DNA of 64,000 bases from positions 32,001 through 96,000 of the IMG/VR virus record IMGVR_UViG_3300017782_000002; one strand, written 5' to 3'. Position numbers and translations under genes: made by a program. Below are positions 26,889 through 37,756 of the stretch, in pieces. Under the pieces are notes generated by a model that saw nothing but the letters and a program-made list of their open reading frames with translations, was not told the origin of the DNA and did not search any database. The stretch is from a virus. Every line of letters begins with the position of its first letter. Within the stretch, counting starts at the first letter, position 1.

Positions 26889-28070
26889 ATGGATTCATTA
26901 TTTGACAAGATTAAGGCATCATTCAAATGGAAAAAAACATCAGACTATTGTGCAGAAAAATTAGATTTAACAATAGAAGACTATGACAAACTAAAAGACA
27001 TAGTAAAAGGACAAGATCTCCTAGAAAACTCATCAACATCATATGAGTATAATTTAGAAAAAGGTGAAGCAAAAATGGAAACAATAAGTGCTTCAGAACC
27101 TAAATCACCAGAAGAAATAATTGATATATTAAACATTGATACAACACAATGGAAACTATCTAGTTATTGGAATAAACAAATGGGAGATCATTGGAGAGTT
27201 TCTGCAATGGTTACAAGGCTAAAAGATAATGAGGTAGATAATGTAGCTGAGTTATTAAAAGGTTTTAAACCAAAAAAACATAATCTAGTTAAAAGAATAA
27301 AAACTCCAGGTAAAGTAAAGACAGCTGGAGTTTTGTCATTACAAGACATACACTTTGGTAAAGAAGGTAATGAAACTATAGACCAAGATTTTGAAGAAAC
27401 AATAATTGATTTAGCAAATAGAGCTACAAGAGCTCATCATCTTGAAAAGCTGTATTACGTCATAGGAGGAGATCTAATCAACATGGATACCTGGAATGGT
27501 AGTACCACTAGTGGAACACCTTTAGACAACTGCTCAACAGCTACAGAAGCTTATATGCAAGCTTTTGATGCTATACAATGGAGTATAAATTATTTAAAAC
27601 AATTCTGTGATGAATTACAAATTGTATATATACCAGGCAATCATGATAGGTTATCTTCTTTTCATTTAGCACATGCTTTATCTAAATGTTTTAAAGACAA
27701 AAAGATTATATGGGATGTAGTATATCTAGAAAGAAAAGTATATACCTATAAAGATAACTTTTTTGCATTTGAACATGGAGATGTAAATACTAAAAACTCA
27801 TTGTTATTATATTCTATGGAATACCCAAAACAATGGGGTAAGACTTTATATAGAACATTATATACAGGACATTACCATCACAAGAAAAAAATAGAATATA
27901 TTACTGAGCATGAGCGTACTGGCTTTATGCTAAAGATATTACCAAGTTTATCACGTACAGATTATTATCATTACCATAATAAATTTGTAGGATCAAGAAG
28001 ATCTGGTGTATTGTCTATACATGATCCAAACAAAGGTGAAATTTGTGAACTAACATATTCACCCAATTAA
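26889..28070 (+). CDS. Calcineurin-like metallophosphoesterase with N-terminal extension
   Basis: QDIHFG, GGDLINMD, PGNHD, EHGD and TGHYHH are the five metallophosphoesterase motifs. Confidence 0.9.
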   Translation: MDSLFDKIKASFKWKKTSDYCAEKLDLTIEDYDKLKDIVKGQDLLENSSTSYEYNLEKGEAKMETISASEPKSPEEIIDILNIDTTQWKLSSYWNKQMGDHWRVSAMVTRLKDNEVDNVAELLKGFKPKKHNLVKRIKTPGKVKTAGVLSLQDIHFGKEGNETIDQDFEETIIDLANRATRAHHLEKLYYVIGGDLINMDTWNGSTTSGTPLDNCSTATEAYMQAFDAIQWSINYLKQFCDELQIVYIPGNHDRLSSFHLAHALSKCFKDKKIIWDVVYLERKVYTYKDNFFAFEHGDVNTKNSLLLYSMEYPKQWGKTLYRTLYTGHYHHKKKIEYITEHERTGFMLKILPSLSRTDYYHYHNKFVGSRRSGVLSIHDPNKGEICELTYSPN

Positions 28071-28071
28071 C

Positions 28072-28102
28072 TTGAATAACTCCTCTTTTTTTTGTAAATT
28101 AT
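28072..28102 (+). promoter_or_regulatory. Putative promoter TTG-N20-TAAATTAT
   Basis: TTG at 28072-28074; TAAATTAT at 28095-28102; ATG at 28115. Confidence 0.45.
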
Positions 28103-28114
28103 AATGTATGTAAT

Positions 28115-28639
28115 ATGATAAGTAACTTTAAAGGACCAGATTTAAATAAACCTAGATATAAAGAAAAGGTTTTGAATCTATTAAACACAGATACATTAAC
28201 AAGATTTAAAGATAAAAACCCAATGTATTCAAGTGTAGATAATGTTAAACTAAAAAAAGTTATACAAAAGTTTAACTCTAAAATTTGGGAAACTGTTATA
28301 AACAACAGAAACGGAGTTGAATTACCTGAATCTTTAGGTTACTTATTTATAGGAAGTTGTCCTGCTGCAAAGAAAATAAATGTTGACTATGCCCTATCTA
28401 AACAATATGGAAAGTTAATACAAAACAAAAACTGGGATACAGATGGTAATGTAGGAAAAATATTCTACACAAATTATTCTCCCAAGTATAAGTTTAAGAC
28501 TAGAGAGTTATGGCAGTTTACAGCAGTAAGACAATTTAAAAGAGCAGTAGCAAAGTTTTATCCAAAAAATTGGAAAAAGTTTGTTACTATGAAAACAAAG
28601 ATCAGGGTTACTGATATGTATAAAAACAAAAAGAAGTAA
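28115..28639 (+). CDS. IHF/HU-like protein (crAss-like tail-region type)
   Basis: KKVIQKFNSKIWETV..GVELPESLGYLFIG pattern; position before the ring and muzzle genes. Confidence 0.6.
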   Translation: MISNFKGPDLNKPRYKEKVLNLLNTDTLTRFKDKNPMYSSVDNVKLKKVIQKFNSKIWETVINNRNGVELPESLGYLFIGSCPAAKKINVDYALSKQYGKLIQNKNWDTDGNVGKIFYTNYSPKYKFKTRELWQFTAVRQFKRAVAKFYPKNWKKFVTMKTKIRVTDMYKNKKK

Positions 28640-28640
28640 T

Positions 28641-29315
28641 ATGACAACAATAGGTGAAGCAATATCAAGACTCAGAGGAGCTCTTAAAGCAACCTCACAA
28701 GATGCGTTTGTTACAGATAGATACCTTTATAGTCTTATATTGAAATACGCTCAGCTATTAATGAGAAGGCAAGATCACTCTAACAAACTTATGAAGTTTA
28801 GCGCAGTATGGCAAACTTTACCTCATGTAGAATTAGTAGAAGTAGATAAGTTAGAAGCAGGTTGTGTAGGTATTTCTTCAGGACAAACTATAAAAAAGAG
28901 CAAGCATAAGTTACCAACATTCATGCAAGGTTATTGGGGCCCTTTAGTTAGAACTGTATCATCATTAGATGGTTCTACTGAAATACAACCAACAACTCCT
29001 GGCTCATACGTTTCTATGTCTAAAACAACTACATTTAAATATAATAACACTAAGTACTATTGGTTTTTAGATGGTTATTTGTATTTTCCAAATATAGAGT
29101 GGGATGCTGTTAAATTAGAAGGTGTGTTTGAAGCAGACATATCTTCTTGGACATGTGATACAGAAGATGACTGTACTCCAAGGTATTTACAAAATATGTA
29201 TATACCAGAATTTTTATTTGCAGAAATAGAAAATCAAATTTTAAACATACAGTTTAATACATTAAAAGTTACACCAGAAGACTCTCATAATAAAATAAAT
29301 ATAAATAGACAATAA
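28641..29315 (+). CDS. Putative tail ring (tubular) protein
   Basis: Synteny with crAss-like tail modules; YYWFLDGYLYF beta motif. Confidence 0.6.
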   Translation: MTTIGEAISRLRGALKATSQDAFVTDRYLYSLILKYAQLLMRRQDHSNKLMKFSAVWQTLPHVELVEVDKLEAGCVGISSGQTIKKSKHKLPTFMQGYWGPLVRTVSSLDGSTEIQPTTPGSYVSMSKTTTFKYNNTKYYWFLDGYLYFPNIEWDAVKLEGVFEADISSWTCDTEDDCTPRYLQNMYIPEFLFAEIENQILNIQFNTLKVTPEDSHNKININRQ

Positions 29316-30202
29316 TGGCAGTATCACACAAATATAGAACCTTTAATCAGTTGCTAGAAGATGTTACTGTTGATTTTAGAACTTACGCATTAGAAGGTAT
29401 GATAGAACCTCAACAGTTAATTAAAGTTGCTGTAAGGGTTAATTATGATTTAGGTCTTAGAATACAAAGAACAAAAAATGCAATAATTGATATAGAAAAC
29501 AGTAAAGGTAAATTACCTTCTGATTTTAATGTATTAAATTATGGATCACTTTGTGGTACATATCAAGTAAAGACAACACAACCTAGCGGTACAAACACTG
29601 AAGAAGTTATAAAAGGAACATACAAGCCAGAACCAGGATACAGTGGTCCATGTGATGATCCTGCTGCTAATTGTACTAACGTTTGTGTAGTTAAAAAGGA
29701 TTGCGATGACAATGAACTAATGTTAGTACAAAAGATTAGCCCAGATAGTTATAGAGAATATAGTTATATGATACCTATAAATATTGTGGATAATCAAGGA
29801 GATAGTTGTAATGAATGTCCTATATATAAAGGAGCAGATGATGTTGAAATTAGAGATGGTTTTTTTATAACTAATTTTAAATCTGGTAAAATATATATAA
29901 GTTATCAAGGGGCAATGGAAGATGACAATGGAGAACTTCTAGTTTTAGATCATCCTTATTGTAATGAGTATTATGAATATGCATTAAAAGAAAGGATATT
30001 AGAAAACATGATGTTTGCTGGAGAGAATGTAGTGAATCAATTATCATTTATGCAACAAAAACTTAGAGCTGCTAGAAACAATGCTTTGACGTTTGTAAAC
30101 ACTCCAGACTTTGCACAATTAAAGAAATTATGGGAAAAGAACAGAAAAGCTCAATACCATAATTACTATAACATGTTTAAGAGTGTAGCTACAAACGGAT
30201 AG
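29315..30202 (+). CDS. Putative tail ring (tubular) protein
   Basis: TAATG-coupled, immediately upstream of the muzzle gene; KSGKIYISYQG..DDNGELLVLDHP pattern. Confidence 0.6.
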   Translation: MAVSHKYRTFNQLLEDVTVDFRTYALEGMIEPQQLIKVAVRVNYDLGLRIQRTKNAIIDIENSKGKLPSDFNVLNYGSLCGTYQVKTTQPSGTNTEEVIKGTYKPEPGYSGPCDDPAANCTNVCVVKKDCDDNELMLVQKISPDSYREYSYMIPINIVDNQGDSCNECPIYKGADDVEIRDGFFITNFKSGKIYISYQGAMEDDNGELLVLDHPYCNEYYEYALKERILENMMFAGENVVNQLSFMQQKLRAARNNALTFVNTPDFAQLKKLWEKNRKAQYHNYYNMFKSVATNG

Positions 30203-30205
30203 AAA

Positions 30206-33200
30206 ATGGCAAAGAAGAAAAAACAACAGCAACAACCAAAACCTAAAAGTACTTCTAGTGTTTTTACAAATACTCCTATGAAGGGTATGATTAAAGACAC
30301 ACATGATGGCTACCTTAATAAAGATAATTGGTCACATGCTAGAAATGCTATAAATAATTCTGTTGATGGTGATACTGGAGTTATAGGTAATGAGCCTGCA
30401 AACATACTGTGTGCTAACATACCTTATACTGTTATAGGTGGAATACATCTTTATGGTGATAAATGGATAATTTACTCAACAGATAATGAAGGTACATTAA
30501 ATGATAAGTCTTCTGAGATAGGAGAGTTTGATGACAGCACATGTACATATAATACATTAATAAATGATTCTTGTTTAAACTTTCACAAAGACCATTTAGT
30601 TATAGGTGTTGCAAAAGAAAATTTTGATTGTTCATGGCAAGTATATTGGGATGATGGTAACAATCCTTCAAGAACTATTAATTTAAGTGATATACCTTTT
30701 AAGAAAGAAATAGCACCATCAAGTACACCTGCATGTACTATATATCAAAATATTACACCATTACAACTTGACTGTGAAAAAATTAGATTAGCTCCATTAT
30801 TAGATACACCAAATTTAGAACTAACAAAAGCTAGTGAGGGAGGACAACTACCTAACGGTATGTATCAAGTTTTTATTGCATACTCAATCAATGATCAAAT
30901 AATAGGTGATTACTTGGGTGCATCTAACATGCAATCATTATGGTCTCATGAAAATAATCAGGGTTCTTTAAATCTAAAAATATCTGGAGTAGATAAAGAG
31001 TTTGAATGGATGCAAGTTGTAGTTAGAACAAGAGTACACAACGGTTTTACATCATATGTTTTAGGTTATTATAGTACTGAAACTACAAATCTTAACATTG
31101 ATTATTTAGATCCTGATCTTACAAAAGTCAAATCATCAAGATTACTTTTAAGAAATCCTGCATATGAAAAATCATCAGGAATGTTTGAAGTAAATGATTA
31201 TTTAATTAGAGCACAACCTACAGAACAATTTGATTTTAATTATCAACCTCTTGCAAATAATATAAAAACAGAATGGGTTTCTGCTACTTACCCAGCAGAA
31301 TACTATAGAGAAGGAGGAAACAAGCCTACATTTCTAAGAGATGAAGTATACACATTCTTTATAAGATTTATATACAACACAGGAGAAAAATCAAAATCAT
31401 ACCATATACCAGGAAGATCTGCAACAGGAAATGAAGTTTCTTTAGATTTAACAGCTAACTCATGGGATGGTGTAGCTCTTCAATACAAAACACAAAACAC
31501 TGCAACATTTACAGCAACTACAAATGTAGTTTTACCTGACGGAGGAATTATACAATCCTACGGTGATATGGCATATTGGGAATCTGGTGAAAAATATCCA
31601 GCTACTGATCCTATAAGGTACAATAATGGAAGTATGGATTTATGTGGTATGCCTATTAGACATCACAAGATGCCTGATGAAAATACACACGTTACAACTA
31701 GACTGTCAACAAATGGTGCAGGAGGTACAGGTTCTACACATATACAAATAATAGGTGCTCAATTTTCTAATATTGCTGCACCGTTAGATAATAGTGGAAA
31801 TGTAATACCTAATATTGTAGGATATGAAGTATTAGTTGGTAATAGAGACGGTAACAAATCTATTATTGCAAAAGGTATTATAAGGAATATGATGTCATAC
31901 GAAAGGTATGAACATAAAAGAAGTTTACAAGCAGGGGCAGGTACAAACTATTACAGTCCTCTTGGTGATATACAAAATAGCCCAACATCATTTAATGGTG
32001 GTGGACCAATTGCTGCTGCAAATGCAGATATTGCTGCAGCTACTCCTAATGCTTTAGGTGAAACAGATATACAATATGGATTGATGGCAAACTATCCATA
32101 TAATGATATGGGTATTGACCCTTATCTAATATACAGAGGTAATGGTGACGTGCGTGTAGAAGAAGCTCCTTGGTTAAGTGGTATATTTGGAACAGAACCT
32201 ATAGAGAGTAATTGGATAACAGGAACAGGATCTTTATTAAAGCCTACACAAGATAACAGTATACACATGACTCAAGATAACAGAGGTATGGCTGAGTTTA
32301 CTTTTGATCATCACACATTCCATTCTCCAGATCTTAACTTTACACACATGTATCTTGCTCCATCTGAGATGGTAGTATATAAAACTTTAATTGGAAAAGC
32401 AGAAGGTAACTTTAGAAAATCTGAAAAACATCCAGGAGCAAAACTATTAAAAAACAAAGCTGTATTAATAGCAGCTATTATTGGAGTTGGTTATGCACTT
32501 AACCACATGAGAGGTAAAAGGAATGTTAAAATAAATACAGCTAGATCACAATCAACAGGGGAAACAATGGCAGTAGGGTCAGGTATGACACCTATGCCAG
32601 GTACCGGTACAGCTGCAGCAGCAGTAAACGTATTATTAAATTTACCAGGAGTTGTTGTTGGTGCTGTAGCAGATATGGCATTTAATACTGTTGTGGATGT
32701 AGCTTCTGTATTTGGTGCTGGTAAATTAGCAAGACAGATTGGTACTCCTATATACCAAATGATTGAGACTGGTACAACAGGACTTATGGCTGGTCATATT
32801 GGTCCTAATAAAACTATTGAATATGTAGGTAGTGATTTTACAAGTGTGCCTACATTATTTTCAATGATCACGGGTGTACTAACATTCCTTAACTATGTAG
32901 CTATAGGAGGAGATAAGATTATAGATCTTATTCTTAAAATGGTGAACTATCAAGACTATGCTTATAAATATAATAGTCATGGTTTTTATAGTACTTATGT
33001 ACCTTTTGCAGAAGGTAACTGTAACAACGCTTGGACAGGGTCAACATGTACAGCTGTATATAGACATCAAATGAAATCTGCAAGATACATAAAACCAGGT
33101 CTTCAATTTATGGGAGGAACTGCAATAAACAATCTTCACAGACCTTCTACAGTTGTTTTAAATACTAACACTAAAGTTGATTCACCTGGTCATTACGGTT

Positions 33201-36200
33201 TACAAGATGATTCAAAATTTGTTATTGGTGGTGGTCAATGTGCAGGAGATGGTAATCACTCATTAAGTTGGTGGACACCTACTGGTTTAGCAACATCTAA
33301 TATTTCTGCACATTACGTTGGATTAAAAGTAGACAATGATTCACAGTATGGTCAATTAGACAGTATTCTATTTACACCAATGTCACAACCGTTTAAATTT
33401 TCTGACTCAGCGGCTGATATAGATGCTAATACTAGATTTAGCACAGGACCTTTATTTGGTGGTGACACATACATATCAAGATATACAGAAAAAGTTACAA
33501 TGCCTTTTTGGTATGACTTTATGAAAGACTTACCTGACGGAAGTCCTTTTGATTATAGATATTATTCTAATGTACCTTTCCCAAGATATTGGATGAATAC
33601 GGAAAAATACCGTATGGATGAATTTGTAAGACCTTTAACAAATCTTACATTTAATTTTGATGAAGCTTTTCCATCTGACATGTATCACTTAGATCAACCT
33701 ACTGAAATTGATTGTGATGCTGGACTAATTGGTACACAAGATGCAAGTGGGGGTACGGTTGCAAATTATTATGAACCTGGTAACTTCCATTTACAAGTAA
33801 TAAAAGTTCCAACATCAGATAACATAATTGCTACTTTAAGTAATAGAATTAAAAGTCCAACGTGGGAAATAGCTGGGGTTGGTAAATCACAATTCATTAA
33901 TCATCCAGGTGAACAATGTTCTTGGTATCTTGCTGCTGGTGTAGACTGTCCTTCTAATCAAGTACCACAACAACCAGTTGAACCACCAAGAAGAAGAGAA
34001 GTAGCAATAGGTATTCAAGGTAGACATAGAAGTCATAACCACTCTACACCATTAATTGATTGGGGTGGAGGTAGTTGTATATCATCTGGTAAAGATGATT
34101 GGTATGACTTTGCTAATCCTGGAGATGATGTTTCACCACCAAGAACTACAGATATAGATGGTCAAGTAAGAACGTTTAAAGCTTTATATAATTGGAATGA
34201 AGGTAAATTTATGTATCCTGTAAGTAATGGATTACAAGATAATACTTATGCACATGGTGGTATTATAGGTAATCCTGCTTATAATGCTACATGTCATCAT
34301 AATGGATATTGTACAATGGGTGGAACTTGTACTGCTGCAAACGGTGATCTTACTTCTTTTGCTACTGCGGCAACTTGTACAGCTAACGGAACATGTAGCA
34401 ATCCAGTATATAATCTTGGATCTTGTAGTGTTTCAGGTTATACTACATCATCAGGTTGTACTAACGCAGGTGGTGTATGGACTACTGCTCAAGCACTTTG
34501 TACAGCTGCAGGTGAAACATGGACAGTTAATACATGGTCAGGTGGTTCATTTATTAGTGAATCAGCAAAAACACTTAGAGATTGTAACTTAGCTGGAGGT
34601 GCATGGACAGACAGTTGTATTCCTGAAGATAATCCACAAGATTTTATATTCTATAGTAAAAAACAAAAGAAAAAAGAAAAAGGGTGGTTTTCAGGAACTA
34701 TCGTACTTGATACAGGATCATTCAATATTAACGGTAATGCTACGGATGCTGGTGGTTCAAATAGTGGTAGTTGGACAGACTGTGATGGAGCTGGTGCAAA
34801 ATTTTGCAAACCGGGTGATGAAAATAGACTTGCAGGATTAGATCCACAAGATTGTCATAGAAATGTTCACACGTTAGTTACTAAAGGTGGAGCGCCTCCT
34901 AAGACTTCAGATATTGGTGATGATCAAGATAACTATAGTGCAACAATGAATGACAATAGTAATAATCCTGTTAAGAAAACAGGAGGACTTTTTGTTGAAA
35001 GCACAGGTTATATGTATACACATGTTAGTGGTATACAAGATTTCTTTGTTGAATCAGACATGAATCTTTCATTTAGAGATTGGGAAGACCAACCAAGAAA
35101 AAAACATTATGATTATTTAGAATATACAGACATACATGAATTATTCCACGTAGATCATATTAAGGGTGATAACTATTATAAGTATGATAAATCTCTTAAT
35201 ACAAGAAGATTCTGGACTGCATCTTTTGGTAACATACAAGAAAGATATTATGATCCTTACGTATCTGAAACATGTTTTACTAAATATCCAAAAAGATTAT
35301 TATACTCTTTACCCTCTGTTGGAGCACATACAAAAGAATTACAACAGTTTAAAAGAGATGAGAAAGCAGATCATTGGAGAACATTCCTACCAGAAAATTT
35401 TAGAGACTTTAAATCTAAAGTAAATACAATTGTACCAACAGGTAAAACAGGAGCAATAATATTATTTCCTACATTGTCTCCACAATTATTCCAAGGAGTA
35501 GACCAATTAAAAATGGAAAGTTCTGGTAATAAATTAACAATAGGAGACGGTGGTTTATTTAGTCAAGCTTTTCAAAGCATAACAAATTCTAATGTATCTC
35601 ATGAATATGGATCATGTGAAAGCGCTAGAAGTGCTGTACAAACACCTGCTGGTTTATTTTATGTATCACAAGCACAAGGTAAAATATTCCAATATGCAGG
35701 TAAAGGTTTACAAGCTATATCTGATATGGGAATGAAATGGTGGTTTAACAAATACTTACCATCTCAATTATTAAAAGCATTCCCTGGTATAGAAGATTCA
35801 CCTAGAGCAGTAGATAACCCTGTAGTAGCTGCAGGTGTACAATCTATATATGATCCAATGAATGATATTGTATACTTTGCAAAAAGAGATTATAAGCCTC
35901 TTGCAGATAAACTTCCTGATTTATCTTATTTACCTGATGGAAGATTTATGTACTCAGATGCTAGTACACAACAAAGTGTTGAAGTGCATCTTACAGATAC
36001 AGATTATTTTGAAGATACATCTTGGACAGTTAGTTATGACCCTAAAGCTAAAGCTTGGATTTCATTCCATGACTGGCATCCTGAATTAGCTTTTAATAGC
36101 ATAAATCATTTCTTAACAACTAAGAAAGGCGTTTCTGCTACACCTATATGTCCTCCTGGATATACATACAGTGCAACAAACAATCAATGTGAAATAGCAT

Positions 36201-37756
36201 CAACTGGTAGTCAAGCTGCAGCAGTTCTTGTAGATAACATACTTTCAACAATGACATCTTCAGGAAGTAATTGTAAACTTGATGTAGTTGTAGCTGTAGA
36301 TGTATCAGGTAGTGTTGGATATGGTAATAGTGTAAATGCTAACCACAGTGCATTAGGTTTAGCGCAAAATCAATTCGTTGCAGATTTAATAACAAACTTT
36401 ACACCAGCTATGAACGCAGGTGAATTACAATTTGGTATAAGCAAATGGTCTTCAACTTATGAGCTTATTCAATCTGGTGGTAAATGGATGACAAACAATC
36501 CTGCTGATGCTACTGCTGCAACTGATAACATATTTGCTTGTTGTGGAGGTGGTACAACGTTTGAGCAAGGATTAGATGGAGGTTTAGACTTATTAAGTAA
36601 AGCTCAGTCAGATACTGCAAATTGTAGTTTAGGTGATAGAACAGGACAATCCGGATATAAAAAAGTATTATTATTTATTACAGATGCAGGAGGTTCATGG
36701 TCTAGTACAGCTTTAACAACAGCTGAAGCAGCATGGCCAACTACAGATATATACGGTATACGTACAGTTGCTGGATCAGGTGCTCTAAGTGGAGCAAATG
36801 AACTAAGTTATAGAACTACTTTACAACCTGGCTGTGGAACTAGTACTACAACAACAGGGGGAGATTACAACTATACAGCAGCTGGAAATGTTGCATCTTT
36901 ATCTACTGTAGCGACTACAATCACTAGTCAAGTATGTTCTCCACCACCAGTTTGTACATGTCCAACAGGTTACACTTTAGTAGGAGCATGTGACGGTGTA
37001 ACTACACCTAACTGCACACAGACAACATGTAGTTGTTCAGGTTTTCCAGGATATGGTACAGCAAGTCTTGTTGAATCAGGAACGTGCGGATCACCAACAG
37101 ATCCATTAATGTGTACTTGGAATTATGCTGACACAGTAACAGCAAACTATAATGTAGGAGGATTATGGAGACATAACTCAAGAACAGACAAGTTTGCTAA
37201 TTTCTATGGTATTGATTATCCTTGGGAAATAGATCTTATTGAAACATCTGGACAACAAGTAACTACTCTTAGAAGTGTTGAGTATATGTTAGAATCATAT
37301 GTATATAAAAATGACGGTAGAGATAGATTCCATGTTTTAGATTTTAACTTTGATGAGGCTGAAATTTACAACTCTGAACAAACATCAGGTTTACTTAAAT
37401 TAGATCTTTCACCTAAAAACAATGTGCCTTTAATAACAACTTATCCTATTATAAATGCAAATGATATAAGTATACTTTATAGTAAGGAAGAACAAAAATA
37501 TAGATTTAATCAGTTCTGGGATGTTACAAATGACAGAGGAGAATTTTCTGGTGCACAAAACTCTATATATATAACAAAACTAAATGGTTATATAAGAGAT
37601 TTAAATATAGCTAATATCAACCTTTTAAAATCATCTTTTGAAAGAAAGAAATTTAGACACTATTATAATCATGTAGTGCTAAGAAGACTAGTATCTGGTG
37701 ACAAGAAAATGTTACTTAGATTGGAAAACACAAAACTTAACGCATCACAAAGATAA
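30206..37756 (+). CDS. Tail muzzle/stabilisation protein (P22 gp10-like) with large insertions including a vWA domain
   Basis: Beta-propeller-like N-terminus. C-terminal patterns FVESDMN, GLFYVSQAQGKIFQY..ISDMGMKWWF and WTVSYDPKAKAWISFHDW. vWA MIDAS motifs DVSGS/GGT/ITD. Confidence 0.8.
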   Translation: MAKKKKQQQQPKPKSTSSVFTNTPMKGMIKDTHDGYLNKDNWSHARNAINNSVDGDTGVIGNEPANILCANIPYTVIGGIHLYGDKWIIYSTDNEGTLNDKSSEIGEFDDSTCTYNTLINDSCLNFHKDHLVIGVAKENFDCSWQVYWDDGNNPSRTINLSDIPFKKEIAPSSTPACTIYQNITPLQLDCEKIRLAPLLDTPNLELTKASEGGQLPNGMYQVFIAYSINDQIIGDYLGASNMQSLWSHENNQGSLNLKISGVDKEFEWMQVVVRTRVHNGFTSYVLGYYSTETTNLNIDYLDPDLTKVKSSRLLLRNPAYEKSSGMFEVNDYLIRAQPTEQFDFNYQPLANNIKTEWVSATYPAEYYREGGNKPTFLRDEVYTFFIRFIYNTGEKSKSYHIPGRSATGNEVSLDLTANSWDGVALQYKTQNTATFTATTNVVLPDGGIIQSYGDMAYWESGEKYPATDPIRYNNGSMDLCGMPIRHHKMPDENTHVTTRLSTNGAGGTGSTHIQIIGAQFSNIAAPLDNSGNVIPNIVGYEVLVGNRDGNKSIIAKGIIRNMMSYERYEHKRSLQAGAGTNYYSPLGDIQNSPTSFNGGGPIAAANADIAAATPNALGETDIQYGLMANYPYNDMGIDPYLIYRGNGDVRVEEAPWLSGIFGTEPIESNWITGTGSLLKPTQDNSIHMTQDNRGMAEFTFDHHTFHSPDLNFTHMYLAPSEMVVYKTLIGKAEGNFRKSEKHPGAKLLKNKAVLIAAIIGVGYALNHMRGKRNVKINTARSQSTGETMAVGSGMTPMPGTGTAAAAVNVLLNLPGVVVGAVADMAFNTVVDVASVFGAGKLARQIGTPIYQMIETGTTGLMAGHIGPNKTIEYVGSDFTSVPTLFSMITGVLTFLNYVAIGGDKIIDLILKMVNYQDYAYKYNSHGFYSTYVPFAEGNCNNAWTGSTCTAVYRHQMKSARYIKPGLQFMGGTAINNLHRPSTVVLNTNTKVDSPGHYGLQDDSKFVIGGGQCAGDGNHSLSWWTPTGLATSNISAHYVGLKVDNDSQYGQLDSILFTPMSQPFKFSDSAADIDANTRFSTGPLFGGDTYISRYTEKVTMPFWYDFMKDLPDGSPFDYRYYSNVPFPRYWMNTEKYRMDEFVRPLTNLTFNFDEAFPSDMYHLDQPTEIDCDAGLIGTQDASGGTVANYYEPGNFHLQVIKVPTSDNIIATLSNRIKSPTWEIAGVGKSQFINHPGEQCSWYLAAGVDCPSNQVPQQPVEPPRRREVAIGIQGRHRSHNHSTPLIDWGGGSCISSGKDDWYDFANPGDDVSPPRTTDIDGQVRTFKALYNWNEGKFMYPVSNGLQDNTYAHGGIIGNPAYNATCHHNGYCTMGGTCTAANGDLTSFATAATCTANGTCSNPVYNLGSCSVSGYTTSSGCTNAGGVWTTAQALCTAAGETWTVNTWSGGSFISESAKTLRDCNLAGGAWTDSCIPEDNPQDFIFYSKKQKKKEKGWFSGTIVLDTGSFNINGNATDAGGSNSGSWTDCDGAGAKFCKPGDENRLAGLDPQDCHRNVHTLVTKGGAPPKTSDIGDDQDNYSATMNDNSNNPVKKTGGLFVESTGYMYTHVSGIQDFFVESDMNLSFRDWEDQPRKKHYDYLEYTDIHELFHVDHIKGDNYYKYDKSLNTRRFWTASFGNIQERYYDPYVSETCFTKYPKRLLYSLPSVGAHTKELQQFKRDEKADHWRTFLPENFRDFKSKVNTIVPTGKTGAIILFPTLSPQLFQGVDQLKMESSGNKLTIGDGGLFSQAFQSITNSNVSHEYGSCESARSAVQTPAGLFYVSQAQGKIFQYAGKGLQAISDMGMKWWFNKYLPSQLLKAFPGIEDSPRAVDNPVVAAGVQSIYDPMNDIVYFAKRDYKPLADKLPDLSYLPDGRFMYSDASTQQSVEVHLTDTDYFEDTSWTVSYDPKAKAWISFHDWHPELAFNSINHFLTTKKGVSATPICPPGYTYSATNNQCEIASTGSQAAAVLVDNILSTMTSSGSNCKLDVVVAVDVSGSVGYGNSVNANHSALGLAQNQFVADLITNFTPAMNAGELQFGISKWSSTYELIQSGGKWMTNNPADATAATDNIFACCGGGTTFEQGLDGGLDLLSKAQSDTANCSLGDRTGQSGYKKVLLFITDAGGSWSSTALTTAEAAWPTTDIYGIRTVAGSGALSGANELSYRTTLQPGCGTSTTTTGGDYNYTAAGNVASLSTVATTITSQVCSPPPVCTCPTGYTLVGACDGVTTPNCTQTTCSCSGFPGYGTASLVESGTCGSPTDPLMCTWNYADTVTANYNVGGLWRHNSRTDKFANFYGIDYPWEIDLIETSGQQVTTLRSVEYMLESYVYKNDGRDRFHVLDFNFDEAEIYNSEQTSGLLKLDLSPKNNVPLITTYPIINANDISILYSKEEQKYRFNQFWDVTNDRGEFSGAQNSIYITKLNGYIRDLNIANINLLKSSFERKKFRHYYNHVVLRRLVSGDKKMLLRLENTKLNASQR

